The notes under the pieces are model-generated. The model ran no database searches and was not told where the DNA came from. It saw nothing but the letters and a program-made list of their open reading frames with translations. From Candidatus Eutrophobius brisbanensis (GTDB lineage Bacteria; Pseudomonadota; Gammaproteobacteria; Eutrophobiales; Eutrophobiaceae), in NCBI GenBank assembly GCA_038131795.1, contig JAYPQE010000003.1:525691-589690 (forward strand): 64,000 nucleotides of DNA, written 5' to 3'. The position numbers were made by a program, and so were the translations under genes. How positions within the stretch are numbered: position 1 is the first letter of the stretch; every line of letters starts with the position of its first letter. This document shows, piece after piece, positions 10,659-19,622 of the stretch.

Positions 10659-11372
10659 ATGGCATATATATCACACGAATACAGATTTCTTTTCTATTCA
10701 GCGCCTGCTACAGGTAGTACTGCCATTATCACTGCCTTTCAGGATAGGGAGATTGGTGAATATTATCCCATGGAGGATATTGTTAAAGATGGAATCAGGC
10801 TGGTGCCGAGAAAGCATAGTACCCCCAGGCAAATGGAAAAAGGCGGCTTGCTGGATGATATTATTAAGGCCTATTACAAGATAGTTGGTATTAGAAATCC
10901 TTTTTCTTTTCATCTTGCAAAATATTTGCGTAATAGGACACGCAGGCTAAAGCAAATTGATAATAAAAATTCATGGATAAATAAACTACCGGAAAAGGAC
11001 AAGCTGCGCTATGTGAATACCATCCGTAAGCAGGCCAACATGTCTTTTGAACAATACTTGCGTGATATGTTTGCAAAATACAAGTTGCCCAAGTCTGTGC
11101 AGGAAGAAATGCACACGGAAATTGATTTTTTTATACACCAGGAATCAATAAATGATGACTTGGCGTGTCTTTGTCAAAAACTAAAAATAGAACCTCGGGT
11201 TGAAGCAGGGTTGGTAAATATTACTAATGCGATTCCGGAGGATAAAACTTATCGAGACTACTATACCGATGAATTAATTGAACTGGTCTACAAGTGGAAT
11301 AAACCATCTTTCGAGAGATTTCCAGAGTATGACTTTGATGGATTTCATCCTGATAGGTGTGCCCCCGGATAG
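10659..11372 (+). CDS. Putative carbohydrate sulfotransferase (Sulfotransfer_2-like)
   Basis: 'YRFLFYSAPATGSTAI' resembles the 5'-PSB motif and 'IRNPFSFHLAKY' the 3'-PB 'RDPxxRxxSxY' motif. The C-terminus 'YRDYYTDELIELVYKWNKPSFERFPEYDFDGF' fits the family tail. Motif-level call only. Confidence 0.5.
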   Translation: MAYISHEYRFLFYSAPATGSTAIITAFQDREIGEYYPMEDIVKDGIRLVPRKHSTPRQMEKGGLLDDIIKAYYKIVGIRNPFSFHLAKYLRNRTRRLKQIDNKNSWINKLPEKDKLRYVNTIRKQANMSFEQYLRDMFAKYKLPKSVQEEMHTEIDFFIHQESINDDLACLCQKLKIEPRVEAGLVNITNAIPEDKTYRDYYTDELIELVYKWNKPSFERFPEYDFDGFHPDRCAPG

Positions 11373-11473
11373 GCTTTTTAACTTCAAAATTATATTCGCT
11401 TTTTATACAGGCATAAAGGGCTTCCCATTTACTGGACATTCTTGCAGCGGCACAGCAACTGGGTAAATATACT

Positions 11474-12058
11474 GTGTTGTGTAATAGTTCTTGGCAGGAA
11501 ATGGGTAATGATTATGATGAGATACTTGCACGACTGGATAAATTTATTGTTAGAGATATGGACAGTTATGAGGAATTACAGAAAAAACATGGGATAACCC
11601 CCGAACTCTGTCCTGATCTTACTGTCTGGCATCCAGCAAAACCTGAGGTTATCGGCCAAGGTGATGGAATTATCATGACTGATTTCTATTCCAGGGAGTT
11701 TGATTGTTTTACTCGACCCATGGGCGGAAGACTCTACAGTTTGCCGTTTCTGGAAATGCGTACTATGAGTTGGTATGAAATACTGAACAGGGTGGCACAG
11801 TTTGAATGTCTAATCACTAGTCGGTTTCATGGCATATTTGCAGCTTATAAGGCAAGAATCCCTTTTGTGGCGTATCCTGGCAATACCCATAAGGTAAAAG
11901 GATTTATTCGAATGACAGGCTTTCCTCTTCACTATACCTCGAATCCTCACAAATTAATCTCATTGGCGAGAAGGGCTATTCAGGATAAGTCTATATATAA
12001 TGAGCTTTATCATTGGTTAGATGAACAGAAATTACCCTGCATTTTACCAGACAAATAG
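11474..12058 (+). CDS. Pyruvyl-transferase-family C-terminal fragment. It lacks the N-terminal GNFGDE half and is possibly a decaying paralog.
   Basis: 'ECLITSRFHGIFAAYKARIPFVAYPGNTHKVKGF' parallels 'SAFVSMKFHGTVVASMYGIPSIILSATDKN' of 9662..10651. The frame is closed by TAA at 11414. There is no ATG; the ORF track used a GTG. The N-terminal ~100 aa of the family are absent. Confidence 0.4.
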   Translation: MLCNSSWQEMGNDYDEILARLDKFIVRDMDSYEELQKKHGITPELCPDLTVWHPAKPEVIGQGDGIIMTDFYSREFDCFTRPMGGRLYSLPFLEMRTMSWYEILNRVAQFECLITSRFHGIFAAYKARIPFVAYPGNTHKVKGFIRMTGFPLHYTSNPHKLISLARRAIQDKSIYNELYHWLDEQKLPCILPDK

Positions 12059-12072
12059 GGGAAGACCGTGAT

Positions 12073-13215
12073 ATGCGTGTATCAGATCTTAATACAGGAT
12101 TGAGTAGCTGGTTTGAATTAATGGCTGACGCTGTTCTATCTGGGGCAACGGAGATAGGATTACCCAAGTTATTGATGTACTACCCAGATGCCAAGTTTAA
12201 TCCATTTCAACAGTTATTATATTCACAGGCCTCTGAATATAATTTCGCCACCATTCCGGTAAATAGCTTTGATGAAGTTTCCCGGTTTTCCTGGGGGGGG
12301 GAGAGTGTACTGCATATCCATTGGCTGGCAGGTATATTGCGGGGCGCAAAGAATGATTTTGAACTTGAATCTCGTATAGAAAATTTTGAAAAAAAACTGG
12401 AAGGTTGTTGTGAGAAGGGGCACAGGCTTGTTTGGACCATGCATAATGTACTACCACATGATATTCAGAACGAGGAGGCAGAGATAAGGTTGAGGAAAAT
12501 AGTCTGCAGACTAGCAGATTTTATTCATATACTGGCCCGCGGATCTTCGAGTGCAGCCTCGGTTCATTATGAATTACCAGAACATAAGCTCAGGTACCTG
12601 CCTCATCCATCCTATCAAAACTGGTATCCTGACCTTGTGTCTGCAAGTAACGCACGTGCAGAGCTGGGTATATTACCGGGTGAAACCGTATATCTTTTCT
12701 TTGGTTCAATTCAGCGTTACAAAGGAGTCAGTGGACTAATACAAACATATAAGGAAATGACTGACGAATTTACGAGCAATAAGACAAAATTACTAATCGT
12801 TGGTAAGCCTGTTGATAAGGAATATTTAAACGAATTATATGAACTTGCACAGGGAAATCCGGCGATTGAAATATATCCAACGGCTGTATCAGATAGCTTG
12901 CTACAGTATTATTTCAAGGCGGCTGACGTACTAGTGGCACCCTACGAACACCTTCTGAATTCTGGTATAGCTCTACTGGCAACCGGATTTGGCGTCCCGA
13001 TTATTGCCCCGAATACGGGGGCGGTTGCCGAGATGTTTTCAAAAGATCCGTCATTACTTTATGATTATAAAAAGCCCCTTAAGGAATGCATGCTGGCAGC
13101 CATTGATCAAAATTATAAAAGGTCTATATTGGATAATATTAACAAGGAGGCCAAGTATGATAAGGTATCCTCCGGATTTTTTGACTTACTAGAAGAAATA
13201 ATTTCTGGTGAATAG
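12073..13215 (+). CDS. GT4-family glycosyltransferase. Contains G9 and A9 homopolymeric tracts.
   Basis: C-terminal 'LLIVGKPVD...', 'AADVLVAPYEHLLNSGIALLATGFGVPIIAPNTGAVAEMF' are GT4-like. A G9 run at 12293..12301 encodes 'WGGE'. An A9 run at 12389..12397 encodes 'EKKL'. Confidence 0.65.
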   Translation: MRVSDLNTGLSSWFELMADAVLSGATEIGLPKLLMYYPDAKFNPFQQLLYSQASEYNFATIPVNSFDEVSRFSWGGESVLHIHWLAGILRGAKNDFELESRIENFEKKLEGCCEKGHRLVWTMHNVLPHDIQNEEAEIRLRKIVCRLADFIHILARGSSSAASVHYELPEHKLRYLPHPSYQNWYPDLVSASNARAELGILPGETVYLFFGSIQRYKGVSGLIQTYKEMTDEFTSNKTKLLIVGKPVDKEYLNELYELAQGNPAIEIYPTAVSDSLLQYYFKAADVLVAPYEHLLNSGIALLATGFGVPIIAPNTGAVAEMFSKDPSLLYDYKKPLKECMLAAIDQNYKRSILDNINKEAKYDKVSSGFFDLLEEIISGE

Positions 13216-13243
13216 CTGACAGTTATAGTTTATTATATTTCAG

Positions 13244-13831
13244 TTACATAGAAATATGACGCCGTGCTTCCTTGAGCGCAAATTTCTTAACAGGATTATT
13301 ATAATAAGCTATTAATCGCTCTCCTTTTGGCGATACAATCAGAGGTTCTTGTACTACTACTGAGTAATCCGGGCTGCGGTCTGTCCATTTTTCAAGTTTT
13401 TCCTCATCAACCGGATCATGGATATGGTATTTGCAGTCGCCTTCCGGCCACTTATAGGGCACTGATATCAAAACACTATCTGCAATATTAAACAACTTAC
13501 GGGCAAATGCGCCGGCTTTAGGCACATGTTCTAGAACCTGAAGGCATATAGCAAGATCGTATTTTTGCTGAGGTTCAAAGTTTAAAAAGTCTTCTTTTAT
13601 TCCGGTAACATAATTTGAAGAATATGGTGTGCGTTTATCCAGGGCATGCTTGATCGGTATCCAGTCAAACCACTCAACACAGGAAGTATTACTGGAACCT
13701 ATGTCTATAATACTTCCGGCTTGATTAGCGACACCCCTGACGATCATCTCTACATAGCGGTAATAAATCAGATTTTTACGCCTGGTCCAGTAGTCATTGA
13801 CAGAATTTGGTTTTTCAGCGTTATTTTTCAT
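13244..13831 (-). CDS. Class I SAM-dependent methyltransferase
   Basis: 'GSIIDIGSSNTSCVEW', 'DLAICLQVLEHV' are methyltransferase motifs. Sits between GT genes in the polysaccharide locus. Confidence 0.6.
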   Translation of the reverse strand: MKNNAEKPNSVNDYWTRRKNLIYYRYVEMIVRGVANQAGSIIDIGSSNTSCVEWFDWIPIKHALDKRTPYSSNYVTGIKEDFLNFEPQQKYDLAICLQVLEHVPKAGAFARKLFNIADSVLISVPYKWPEGDCKYHIHDPVDEEKLEKWTDRSPDYSVVVQEPLIVSPKGERLIAYYNNPVKKFALKEARRHISM

Positions 13832-16199
13832 GCTTTATTTTAATTATGTTTAAAAATTTAGATTGAGTTATGTATTCATATGTGCTTGTAGTACAGTTTA
13901 CTGGTTGGCGATTTCTATAGTCAGTTGTTATGGTATTATCTTTGCAGATTACAAAGGTTCTTTCTGATTGTATATCAGGAATATCGTCTGGCACGAAGTC
14001 AAGTAGTTTTGGACTGGTGAGAATGACATATTTGGTATTCCCTATAAATGTCGGGGTAATGATTCTGGTCCCATCTGAGACACAAAAATCATAAATTACA
14101 CCTGATACAGGCTTTTGAACTGACCCGGATTCATATAGGGGCCAGTGGAAGATCGCTAAATTTGGATATTCTGTAGCGAGTTGCTGGAGAAGTGACATAT
14201 TACCCAACATTTCGCAACCCTTGGTACTGTAGTCTGAATAGATGACCAAATCAAATGTATTTATTTCAGTTTGTCTAGGAGACATTCCAACAGGTATAGG
14301 AGTTTTTGTTATTTCCCCCAGGGGGGATTCCTTGAAAATTTCCCGGTTATGCCAGTATGTGTAGGCGTCAAGGTATTGCCAGCGTAATCCATAATAGAGC
14401 GTTTTCACGTGTGTGGATCTGGTACGTGTCAGGGAGTCAGGCCGGGTAAGTGAAAAAGAGAGAGTCTTCTTGTTATTGACCCTGCCAATAGAATTATTGC
14501 CATAGTAGCGTAGAATACGGTGCCGAAATTCCGCATCCCCGGAAACCCTGACGTGAGGCCATTCACCAATGGCATTAAATACTTCACGGCGAATCATTAA
14601 TGAGGAAAAGTTGACGTCAGAGAGGTCTCCTCTTTCAATCCAGGGGCCAACTACATCAAGATTAAAGTTAAATCGAATCCAGTGAGACATGACGGCGACA
14701 TATTTTTTGCTTTTTAAAAGTTCATTTATTTGTACTTCAATTTTCTGTGGGTGTGACCAGTCATCACTGTCATGGACCATGATAAGATCACCATTGGCAT
14801 GTTTTAACCCGGTGTTTCTTGCCATGTATGCACCTTGATTATTGTCTTTTCTCACTAGCTTGATTCGATCATCAGAGCAGATAAATTCTGTTACAACGTC
14901 ACAGGTAGTATCCGTGCTGCAATCATCGACGACAATAATTTCTATATTTTTCCAGGTCTGATTTATAAGGCTTTCCAGTACTGTTTGAATCATTTCAGAA
15001 GCATTGTAAGCAGGGATGATTATACTGACCTTTTCTTTCTGGAGGCTGGTTTCCGGTTTTGAGATAGAGGTGATATTGGTGAAAGATATCGGTTGTGATG
15101 GATCCTTGAGTGTAATGGGTGACATGGATTCTGCTTCAAGATAACAGTTTAACCATGAAAGTTTTACGTCGTCACCGTTATCATTCAACCGTGACATTAT
15201 GGTAGAATTTAGAATATAAAAATCACGGTGCAAACCAAACCTTTCAATCCCTTTGGTAATGTAATGGCTAGCCTCATGATGGCGCCCGAGTTTGACCAGG
15301 CACATAGCAATAGCGACAAAGTGTTTTCGCTGTGATGGCCGTGCTTTCATACTGATTTGTGCATTTTTATATGCCCTAGTGTGTTCCCCATGAAAACCGT
15401 ACCAGCGCATGAGATACCATGCAGCACGTTCTCGTTCCAGACTCGACTTACACGCGTCTAATTTTAGGTTTTCAAGTTCTGGGATGGCATAATTTGAAAA
15501 ACCGCCCCACAAATCCAGTTCAAGTTTACTTGCAATTACACTACCTTTTATGTCACGACCTTCATGAATGCCGAATCGAAGATAGTGTAAGAAAGGGTGT
15601 ATGAGTGATTTTTGCACATCGGGATACTCATTTGTATAGAATCGCATGTCGAAATCAGGACCGGGATTGAGTTTTTCATGGCCGCCATACCGGAGGAAGT
15701 GGTCTGCTGCATCCATATCAGATTCCGCGACATCCGGATATGCTTTGTTATACCAGTCTGCGTCAAACAACTCGGAATTCAAAATCAGTTCAATATTTTC
15801 CTGATAAAGTTTTTTGTTTCCAGGACCACAACGTCCCTCTTTTTGGCCCCATTTAATATAGTGTACGAGTGGATTTATTTCTGCTTTTGCAACATCCGGG
15901 TTTTCCTGCATGTAGAGAACAGAATCAAAATCAGGTGAAGGGTTTCTACCGCCGATTGCCCCACTATATAAATAATCTCTGGCAGCTGAAGATCTGGAAT
16001 GAGGAACATCGGGATATTGTTGGCAATACCATTCTGAATCGAAAAGATCAGAATTTTCTAACAGCTTTATAGCTTGCCTATTTACTGCAATGAAGTGTAC
16101 CCATCTTAAAGATAACAAATCGCTATAGCCTAATAAATATTGCAGCTGATGATGCAATTTTGAACATAGTATCTGTAACCATCCTGATAATATCCACAC
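13821..16199 (-). CDS. Large multidomain glycosyltransferase (four N-terminal 'DWY/YPDV' repeats plus GT2 core plus C-terminal domain)
   Basis: GT2 core 'VSIIIPAYNASEMIQTVLESLINQTWKNIEIIVVDDCSTD', 'VHDSDDWSHPQKIE'. The N-terminus has four copies of the repeat, e.g. 'DSEWYCQQYPDV', 'ENPDVAKAEINPLVHYIKWGQKEGR', 'DADWYNKAYPDV', 'EYPDVQKSLIHPFLHYLRFGIHEGR'. The 5' 77 nt overlap the kpsD-like stop, so the start is uncertain. Confidence 0.75.
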   Translation of the reverse strand: MWILSGWLQILCSKLHHQLQYLLGYSDLLSLRWVHFIAVNRQAIKLLENSDLFDSEWYCQQYPDVPHSRSSAARDYLYSGAIGGRNPSPDFDSVLYMQENPDVAKAEINPLVHYIKWGQKEGRCGPGNKKLYQENIELILNSELFDADWYNKAYPDVAESDMDAADHFLRYGGHEKLNPGPDFDMRFYTNEYPDVQKSLIHPFLHYLRFGIHEGRDIKGSVIASKLELDLWGGFSNYAIPELENLKLDACKSSLERERAAWYLMRWYGFHGEHTRAYKNAQISMKARPSQRKHFVAIAMCLVKLGRHHEASHYITKGIERFGLHRDFYILNSTIMSRLNDNGDDVKLSWLNCYLEAESMSPITLKDPSQPISFTNITSISKPETSLQKEKVSIIIPAYNASEMIQTVLESLINQTWKNIEIIVVDDCSTDTTCDVVTEFICSDDRIKLVRKDNNQGAYMARNTGLKHANGDLIMVHDSDDWSHPQKIEVQINELLKSKKYVAVMSHWIRFNFNLDVVGPWIERGDLSDVNFSSLMIRREVFNAIGEWPHVRVSGDAEFRHRILRYYGNNSIGRVNNKKTLSFSLTRPDSLTRTRSTHVKTLYYGLRWQYLDAYTYWHNREIFKESPLGEITKTPIPVGMSPRQTEINTFDLVIYSDYSTKGCEMLGNMSLLQQLATEYPNLAIFHWPLYESGSVQKPVSGVIYDFCVSDGTRIITPTFIGNTKYVILTSPKLLDFVPDDIPDIQSERTFVICKDNTITTDYRNRQPVNCTTSTYEYITQSKFLNIIKIKHEK

Positions 16200-17772
16200 T
16201 CATGCTAGGCACTGCAGGAAGCGATATGATTTCATCCCCGGGTTGAATCGTAAAATTCCTGGCAGTACGTCCATACACTGGTATTACTTCGCCATTTCTT
16301 CGTAACACCATATGTTTATCATCATCAGCATGCGTTGTATATCCACCAACTCGCTCAATATAGTCTTTTAAGGTTGAACCTGGCTCATAAACTATGGCCT
16401 GGGGAACCATGACTTCGCCACTTACCTGGATAACATTGGTACGTTGTGGGACAAAAATGACATCATCGGGCTGTAATAATGGGTTTGATATGTTGCCGTT
16501 TTTTGCGACTACAAGGATTCCCCGGGGTTCAACATCACGCGCTCTATCGACAAAATCAGATATTAATTGCGCTTCTGCCAGCTGGATCTGTGCGCCTTCC
16601 TGGGTTACAGAGGTTCGGCCTAATATTGCCGTTTCAAGTCGATTTAAACTGTCCTGGATGGCCTGTTTTTGTCTAATTCGGATACTTTCACGTCGCATTG
16701 AGACGGAGTTAATATCACCTAAGTTTGGGTCAACCTGAATACGATTTAATACATCGAGTAAATGCGAGTTTCTGGGTACGGCAAATCGAGATTGGCCGTT
16801 ATGTGCACCTTCAATGTTGACCAAAATTGTGTCATGTGTCTGATCGATTTCAAAAATCACCTGATCGCCATCTGAAATGGTCATACTCTCCAATTCACTA
16901 ATGGGTAAATAATATGAAACCGGTTGATTCTCGCGAGTGCCAAGCAGGGTAGCATAGGTGGCATTAGCCAGTGGTCGGGTATATTGAATAAGCTCTGTAC
17001 CTTTTATTCCCCCCGCAGGAATTTCGAAACTAAAACTATTTCGGATTGCACCTTCAGCGATAACACTTGCGCCTCTACGACCCACAACGATAGTATCTCC
17101 ATCGGTCAATTGAGGTTTGGGCAATAGGCCATTTAGAAGAAAATCGTAAAGGTCAATAGTTTCTATAATTTCATTATCTCGCAAAATTCGTATTTCCCTA
17201 TAGCTACCTCTCTGCAAGTCAATTCCGCCAGCACGCTCAAGGAAATATAGAACAGAATCAGATGCAGTGCCGGCATAACTGCCAGGACGGTTGACAAAAC
17301 CGGTAACAAAGACGATGACGGGTGTCGTTCCCTGTAAATTGGTATATACATTGACATTCTGGGTAAATACTTGCTCGACAGCATTGCGTATACGAATATT
17401 AAGTTGTGCATTAGGAGTGTCTGCGACTTGTATAGGGCCAACTTCAGGAATAAAGATGTTTCCCTGGGTGTCTACCACAACGATTTCATTAATATTAACT
17501 GCCCCCCAAATTTGTAATGCAATCCGGTCTCCGGGTTGGATGATGTATTGAGGATTGATTCCATCTTCACGCTCAGCCACAAAAAAACTGCCCTGAAATA
17601 AATTGGCACCAAATGGCTTGATTGGCTGACTGGAAATTTGTTGGGGAAGTAGACTATTATCAACAGTATCATCAATTGGTTCAGGTGGGACTATTTGCTG
17701 GGCATAGCCACAGTGAGCGATTAACAGAAGAAGAATTAAAGAAATAATATTTATTTTATTTATATTGTGCAT
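16123..17772 (-). CDS. kpsD: Periplasmic/outer-membrane polysaccharide export protein (KpsD/Wza-like)
   Basis: Signal peptide 'IISLILLLLIAHCGYAQQ'. Poly_export motif 'YIIQPGDRIALQIWG'. Multiple SLBB-like 'GDxI' segments. ~550 aa like KpsD. Adjacent to kpsE/T/M. Confidence 0.8.
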   Translation of the reverse strand: MHNINKINIISLILLLLIAHCGYAQQIVPPEPIDDTVDNSLLPQQISSQPIKPFGANLFQGSFFVAEREDGINPQYIIQPGDRIALQIWGAVNINEIVVVDTQGNIFIPEVGPIQVADTPNAQLNIRIRNAVEQVFTQNVNVYTNLQGTTPVIVFVTGFVNRPGSYAGTASDSVLYFLERAGGIDLQRGSYREIRILRDNEIIETIDLYDFLLNGLLPKPQLTDGDTIVVGRRGASVIAEGAIRNSFSFEIPAGGIKGTELIQYTRPLANATYATLLGTRENQPVSYYLPISELESMTISDGDQVIFEIDQTHDTILVNIEGAHNGQSRFAVPRNSHLLDVLNRIQVDPNLGDINSVSMRRESIRIRQKQAIQDSLNRLETAILGRTSVTQEGAQIQLAEAQLISDFVDRARDVEPRGILVVAKNGNISNPLLQPDDVIFVPQRTNVIQVSGEVMVPQAIVYEPGSTLKDYIERVGGYTTHADDDKHMVLRRNGEVIPVYGRTARNFTIQPGDEIISLPAVPSMSVDIIRMVTDTMFKIASSAAIFIRL

Positions 17773-17819
17773 TGTTATCGTTTATCTTTAACGTTTTAAA
17801 TGTTTATGCAAACATCTTT

Positions 17820-18944
17820 TTATAATCTCATATGGTCTTTAATCGCTGCCCATACCAGCCCGCCAATTGCGTACATAATACATAATGATATAAACCAGGT
17901 GATGATTGATAGAAATCTCTCTGGTTCAACAGAATCATCTGGTAATTGAGGCGGCACAAAGGGGATCAGGTATCTTTGTTTTTTCTGGGCATCAATTCGT
18001 GCAAGTTCTAATGATGTCAATGTAGATGCATATTGTTTGGTAGCAAGTTCCTGTTCCAGAACAAGTGGCTGGTAATTGTCTATAAGGTGGGTGAAATCAG
18101 AGTTGTCTTCCTGGTTGTTGTTGAGGCGTTTTCTTTCTTCTTCAACCTGTTGTTGCAGCGCCATGACCTTACCCTTTAAAACTTTAACCTGGATGCTGTC
18201 ACTTTGCATATAGTTTTGGGCTTCAACAAGTTCTGCCCTGGATTCAGCAAGCAGGGCTTCAAGGCGGGTAATAATATTAAGTACAGCCGTTGTTTCCTGA
18301 TCTGGGTTAATTGATTTTGTTTCATTTCTGAATTGGGTAAGCGCTTCGCTCGCTTCACGAACCCTGGACTCAGCAATTTCTACTTCACTTCTGGCAAATT
18401 GTAACGAGTCCTCAATGATTCGGTTAGACATATTATTTACAAGATCTTCACTCAGGCTAATTATGTTCTCTGCAATTAACTTCGCAAAGTCTGGTGTAAA
18501 TGCCCTTACTTTTAATATGCTGACATGTGAAGAGCTGTCTGTAGATGCTTCAATCATTGTATTGAAGTAATCATGGAATTCTTCTAATGAATCATCAGGA
18601 TTAAATCTTGAGATGAAATCTATATTATTAGATGAATAATGATCTAAAATATTTATTCTATTATTTAGCTCGGAAATAATATCTCTTGATTGGATATATT
18701 CCATAACAATATTTGCGTCATCCCCTGAAAATTGAATTCCAGAGCTACCCATCATAAATGAGTCAACTAATCCTAGTGATGGAGATTCTGAACTAACTCT
18801 CAGTGAATATTTTGCTTCTGAAATATATATATCTGAAGCAATTAACAAATAATAAAGTGTCACTATCATTGTCGGAATTAGTACTAGAGAAACAAATAAT
18901 TTTGCCGGCATGGGATATCGGGAAATGTTAGTAATATTATTCAT
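17820..18944 (-). CDS. kpsE: Capsule polysaccharide export inner-membrane protein (PCP-3, KpsE-like)
   Basis: N-terminal TM 'LFVSLVLIPTMIVTLYYLLIASDIYISEAKYSLRV', long coiled-coil middle region, C-terminal TM. Classic KpsE architecture next to kpsT. Confidence 0.8.
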   Translation of the reverse strand: MNNITNISRYPMPAKLFVSLVLIPTMIVTLYYLLIASDIYISEAKYSLRVSSESPSLGLVDSFMMGSSGIQFSGDDANIVMEYIQSRDIISELNNRINILDHYSSNNIDFISRFNPDDSLEEFHDYFNTMIEASTDSSSHVSILKVRAFTPDFAKLIAENIISLSEDLVNNMSNRIIEDSLQFARSEVEIAESRVREASEALTQFRNETKSINPDQETTAVLNIITRLEALLAESRAELVEAQNYMQSDSIQVKVLKGKVMALQQQVEEERKRLNNNQEDNSDFTHLIDNYQPLVLEQELATKQYASTLTSLELARIDAQKKQRYLIPFVPPQLPDDSVEPERFLSIITWFISLCIMYAIGGLVWAAIKDHMRL

Positions 18945-18953
18945 AACTTATTA

Positions 18954-19622
18954 TCATTGCCTTATCTCAGCTGTGATATTTTCGCCATACACTTCCATGC
19001 CTTCTTCAACTGAATCATATAATGTCAACTTTCCATCTTTCAATACGGCTGCCATGTCGCAAAAGTCCATTATAGTCGATGCCTGGTGAGATACCATGAG
19101 TAAACTGGAGTGTTCTTTCCTGTCCATAAAGGCTTTTCGATATTTTTCTCTGAATCGCCGGTCACCAACCGATGTCGCCTCATCAACCAGGTAACATTCA
19201 AAATCTAGTGCCATGCTGATTGCAAAGCCTAACCTGGAGCGCATACCGGATGAGTAGGTTTTCACTTCCATATCAAAATAGCGGCCGAGCTCAGAGAATT
19301 CTTCAACGAAATTTTCTGTCTCATAGATATCGGCACCATAAATTCGGGCAATAAATCGTGTCCCTTCTCTACCGGTCATCTCTGGCTGGATCCCGCCAGT
19401 AAACCCTATAGGCCAGGAAACTACAACATCTTTGTATATTTCACCACTGTCTGGCGGTTCTACATTGCCAATGATTCTAAGCAAGGTAGATTTTCCAGCG
19501 CCATTTAATCCAAGGATACCCACATTCCGGTCACTGGGAAAACATACCGATACATCATCCAGTACAATATTACGACCATGTTGTACCGTATAGGATTTCG
19601 TTATATTTCTGAGCTCAATCAT
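18954..19622 (-). CDS. kpsT: Capsule polysaccharide ABC transporter ATP-binding protein
   Basis: Walker A 'GLNGAGKST', ABC signature 'YSSGMRSRLGFA', Walker B 'CYLVDEA'. ~220 aa like KpsT. Overlaps the kpsM stop by 4 nt. Confidence 0.9.
   Translation of the reverse strand: MIELRNITKSYTVQHGRNIVLDDVSVCFPSDRNVGILGLNGAGKSTLLRIIGNVEPPDSGEIYKDVVVSWPIGFTGGIQPEMTGREGTRFIARIYGADIYETENFVEEFSELGRYFDMEVKTYSSGMRSRLGFAISMALDFECYLVDEATSVGDRRFREKYRKAFMDRKEHSSLLMVSHQASTIMDFCDMAAVLKDGKLTLYDSVEEGMEVYGENITAEIRQ

Noticed and set aside
16123-16199. 77-nt overlap between the kpsD-like stop and the GT start, suggesting a fused gene or frameshift
   Set aside because: The two frames are different and both proteins are complete by homology. 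This is most likely a start-codon mis-assignment of the downstream GT rather than a fusion.
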